In this document: positions 60,840-64,000 of the stretch, piece after piece | How the letters are laid out: the number at the start of each line of letters is the position of its first letter | Position numbering within the stretch: the stretch's first letter is position 1 | Assembly: GCF_046119375.1 (NCBI RefSeq) | Contig: NW_027362765.1 | Span: forward strand, 223,510,001-223,574,000 | Direction of reading: 5' to 3' | DNA length: 64,000 nucleotides | DNA from: Phyllobates terribilis | Lineage: Eukaryota | Made by a program: the position numbers and the translations under genes | Notes under the pieces: generated by a model | Told to the model about the DNA's origin: nothing | The model's input: the letters and a program-made list of their open reading frames with translations, nothing else | Database searches by the model: none

Positions 60840-63800
60840 ATGAGTGGAAAAAGGCCTGCTGCTGGTGGAAAGGGGAATAGACGTGTTGGGAAGGGGAAAA
60901 AAGGTTGTGTCCGTGGGGTAGGTGTTAAAGCAACAGTAACATCTGCAGAAAAAAGACCATCTTCCAGCCAAACTAAAATGTCTACTTCTTTTAGCGGACA
61001 ATGTGATAAGATCCCTTTCTTACGGCCACGCCAATCGCTACAAATTCCAGATGAGGCACAAAAACAGCAGGTGCTTCAACGGATATCAAGTGCTCCTTTA
61101 AGTGGGCTCTCCTCCACATCAACTTCAACATCACAAATACTCAGGTCCTCAAAGGTGTCACCCCAATCGCACTTGCTTCCTCACAGCTCCCAAATCTCCA
61201 GCTGCCCGTCTGAGTATGAGGTAGAACAGATGGTTGAGTCTGCAGAGCTGTTTACTCATACTATAGCCTGGGAATCAGAGGTCGACTCCAGCGCTTCTGT
61301 GAATCCAGACGAGGAAATGATCTGTACTGATGCCCAGAATCTTTATGAGTCGGATCCAGGACCAGACGCAGAAGGTTCTGACCATAATGTAGACCCTCAT
61401 TCCCAAACTGTAACTCCTGTTGGTGGAGACAATGAGGAAGACGATGATGAGACTCAAATACCTGATTGGAGCGACAACTTTAGTTTTTTGTCAGGGCAGG
61501 AACAGGTTGACTCTGAGGACGACGGGTGTGATAACGCACAGGGTGATGATGATGAGGTTGGAGATCCCACTTACTGTCAACCCACAGTCAGCCAAGAGAT
61601 GAGGTCAGCAGAGGAGGTGGAGGAAGATGCTAGTGACGACGAGGTCAGGTTGCGCCTTCCTGGACAGAGACGTAGTACTGGAAGCACGTCAACAACTGCA
61701 TCCTCAAACACAACTCTGCCTCTCACCACAAGTCGTGGTGGCTCTTCAGGTCGCATGGGTGCTAAGCCTTGCATAGCCTGGGCATTTTTTCAGATCGATA
61801 AAGATGACCCAACTCGTGTTATCTGTAACATTTGTCAGCAAAAGCTAAGTAGAGGCCAAAAAATACATAGTTTGAGTACTTCATGCATGAACCAGCACAT
61901 GGACATGAAGCATAAGTTGCAGTGGGAAGCTCAGTGTGCTACAATGCGGCCTAGCCGGCCGGGCCAACCACCGTCTGCCATATCTTGTGCATCCGCGGCC
62001 TCTTCATCCTCTGTGACTGGGGGGACAGCAGTCACACCTGTTTTGGGGCGCAGACCTGCCACCTCTTTACCCGCAACAGCCAGCGTGATTGGCAGGTCAT
62101 CATTTTCTTTGGAGGTGGTAACACCAGCTGGTGTTGAGCGCTGTCCGACATCGATAGCACCACCTTTGGATCAAGGCAACCTAACATGTCCGCCTGCATC
62201 TTCCTCACAGACCGGCAGTTTGCCGGGGACACCCTTATCAACCCCGTCTAAGCACAATAGCCAGCCCTCGGTCCCTCAGATGTGGACAAGTAAAAGACCA
62301 TTTCCTCCTAGCCATGAGAAAGCTAAGAGGTTGAATTTCACCATCTGCAAGCTCTTGGCTACAGAAATGCTGCCTTTCTGCCTGGTGGACACAGAGGATT
62401 TTTGAGACCTTATGTCCGTCGCAGTGCCCCAGTACCAGATGCCCAGTCGGCACTACTTCTCAAAGAAAGGTGTGCCTGCGCTCCACCAGCATGTCGCACA
62501 CAACATCACCGCTTCTTTGAGAAACTCTGTGTGTGACAGGGTGCATTTCACCACAGACACTTGGACGAGTAGGCATGGACAGGGGCGTTACATGTCGCTG
62601 ACTGAGCACTGGGTAACTATGGTGACAGCAGGACAAGGGGCTGCTGTCCAAGTCTTGCCGTCCCCACGAGTTGTGCGTCAATCCTCTTTATGTCAAAGTT
62701 CCTCCACTGCTTCTGCCTCCTCAACCTCCTCTCGGTCTTCCACCTGCACCCAAAGCCTGTCTGGTCATGCCACAAGCTTTCTAACTGCGCAGAAGGGATC
62801 CTGCACACCTCCTTACTATGCTGGCAGTAGGGCTCAACGTCATCAGGCGGTTTTTACTTTGAAATGTCTGGGAAATGTGAGTCACACAGCTGAGGAGTTG
62901 TGGTCAGCTCTGGAGAACCAATTTCATGAATGGTTGTCTCCACTGGATCTGAAACCAGGGAAGGCCGTGTGCGACAATGCTGCAAACCTGGGTGCGGCCC
63001 TTCGCCGGGGCAATGTCACACACGTGCCTTGTATGGCTCACGTGTTGAACCTGGTTGTCCAGCAATTTTTAGCCCACTATCCCAGACTAGATGGCCTTCT
63101 GCAGAGGGCACGGTCGCTGTGTGCTCACTTCCGCCGTTCGCATCCCGCAGCTCAGCTACTTACATCTCTACAGAAGTCGTTGGGCCTGCCACTTCACCGG
63201 CTAAAATGCGATGTACCTACCCGGTGGAATTCAACTCTGCACATGTTGCAGCGACTGTGGCAGCACCGACAAGCCCTGGTGCAATACGTTCTGACATATA
63301 GCCTGGGCCAACGAGATCCAGAGGTGGGGCAAATCACGCTGGAGGAGTGGTCTCAGATCAGGGACCTATGCACCCTTCTGCACAGTTTTGAAATGGCGAC
63401 GAAGATGTTTAGTGCTGACGATGCCATTATCAGCATGACTATTCCGGTGATTTACATGCTGGAGCACATGTTAAACAGAATTCGGAGTCAGGTGGTGGCA
63501 CAAGAGGAGGTGGAGGAAGTAGAGGAGGAGGAGTTGTATGCGGAAGGGCTAACATCTGCAAGGTCCAGACGGTCGGCAGCACCAAGGCGGCAGGCATGTG
63601 AGGGTGGGGGAGATGGTTTTACCAGGGCGCATGGTAGCAGCCAAACTAGTGAGGAAGGTGCAGGAGCCCAGGAAGAAGTGGAGGACGAACCGATGGAAGA
63701 CTCATCAGATGAGGGAGACCTTGATCACATTTCTGTTGTGCGAGGTTGGGGGGAGAGGACAGAGGAAGGAAGCATGATTGTTACCTCGCCACCAACACAA

Positions 63801-64000
63801 CAGGGACTTGGTGCTCCTGGATGCGCAACACACATGAGTGCCTTCTTGCTGCACTACCTGCAACATGACCCTCGAATTGTGAGAATTAGAAATAATCCTC
63901 ACTACTGGGTTGCCACACTGTTAGATCCCCGGTACAAAAGTAAATTTGCAGAAATTATTCCTGCCATAGAAAGGGATGCACGCATGCAGGAGTATCAGCA
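60840..64000 (+). pseudogene. hAT (BED zinc finger, ZBED/Ac-like) transposase, >1050 codons, with one in-frame TGA; 3' end beyond the window
   Basis: BED finger W-x-F-F...CNIC...HMDMKH; TGA at 62403-05; the frame is then open to 64000 with HFTTDTW (D at 62556), VCDNA (D at 62973), CMAH, TRWNS, LLDPRYK. Confidence 0.93.

Larger units (their letters stand above)
43216..64000 (+). mobile_element. Giant hAT-superfamily DNA transposon (left end, satellite array, transposase; right end lies beyond the window)
   Basis: TAGAGATGAGCG terminus with about 12 TTCG/CGAA subterminal motifs; diverged satellite-like units on both sides of the array; hAT transposase downstream. Linkage of the left end to the ORF is inferred. 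Confidence 0.75.

Noticed and set aside
62403-62408. Programmed stop-codon readthrough or selenocysteine at the transposase TGA
   Set aside because: The context is TGA-GAC, not TGA-CTA/CAR; no SECIS can be assessed; CpG deamination is the simpler explanation
12300-64000. Exons of the next host gene (VSTM2L is the neighbour in human)
   Set aside because: No non-TE coding segment with splice signals was recognised; tiny exons could have been missed

Overview
Vertebrate genomic DNA, most consistent with a frog (inferred from the CTNNBL1 protein and the anuran-type repeat families; the species cannot be fixed from the sequence). Bases 593-12036 (+) hold the last nine coding exons of CTNNBL1, all with GT-AG boundaries and compatible phases, and the introns are packed with MITEs and one Tc1. 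The rest of the window is nested transposable elements and tandem arrays: a 31-bp minisatellite, a fold-back DD37E (TRT-type) Tc1 derivative, a 3.9-kb solo LTR swollen by a 36-bp array, DD34E and DD38E Tc1 elements, a decayed L1, and a young intact Ty3/Gypsy chromovirus (32677-39145). That chromovirus has a tRNA-independent self-priming signature and a PEG10-like G_GGA_AAC -1 frameshift site. From 43216 to the window end lies what appears to be one giant hAT transposon. About 16.6 kb of a 110-bp satellite with higher-order structure sits between its left end/putative promoter and a ~1050+ codon BED-finger transposase frame that carries a single premature TGA. All calls were made by eye, without database searches.
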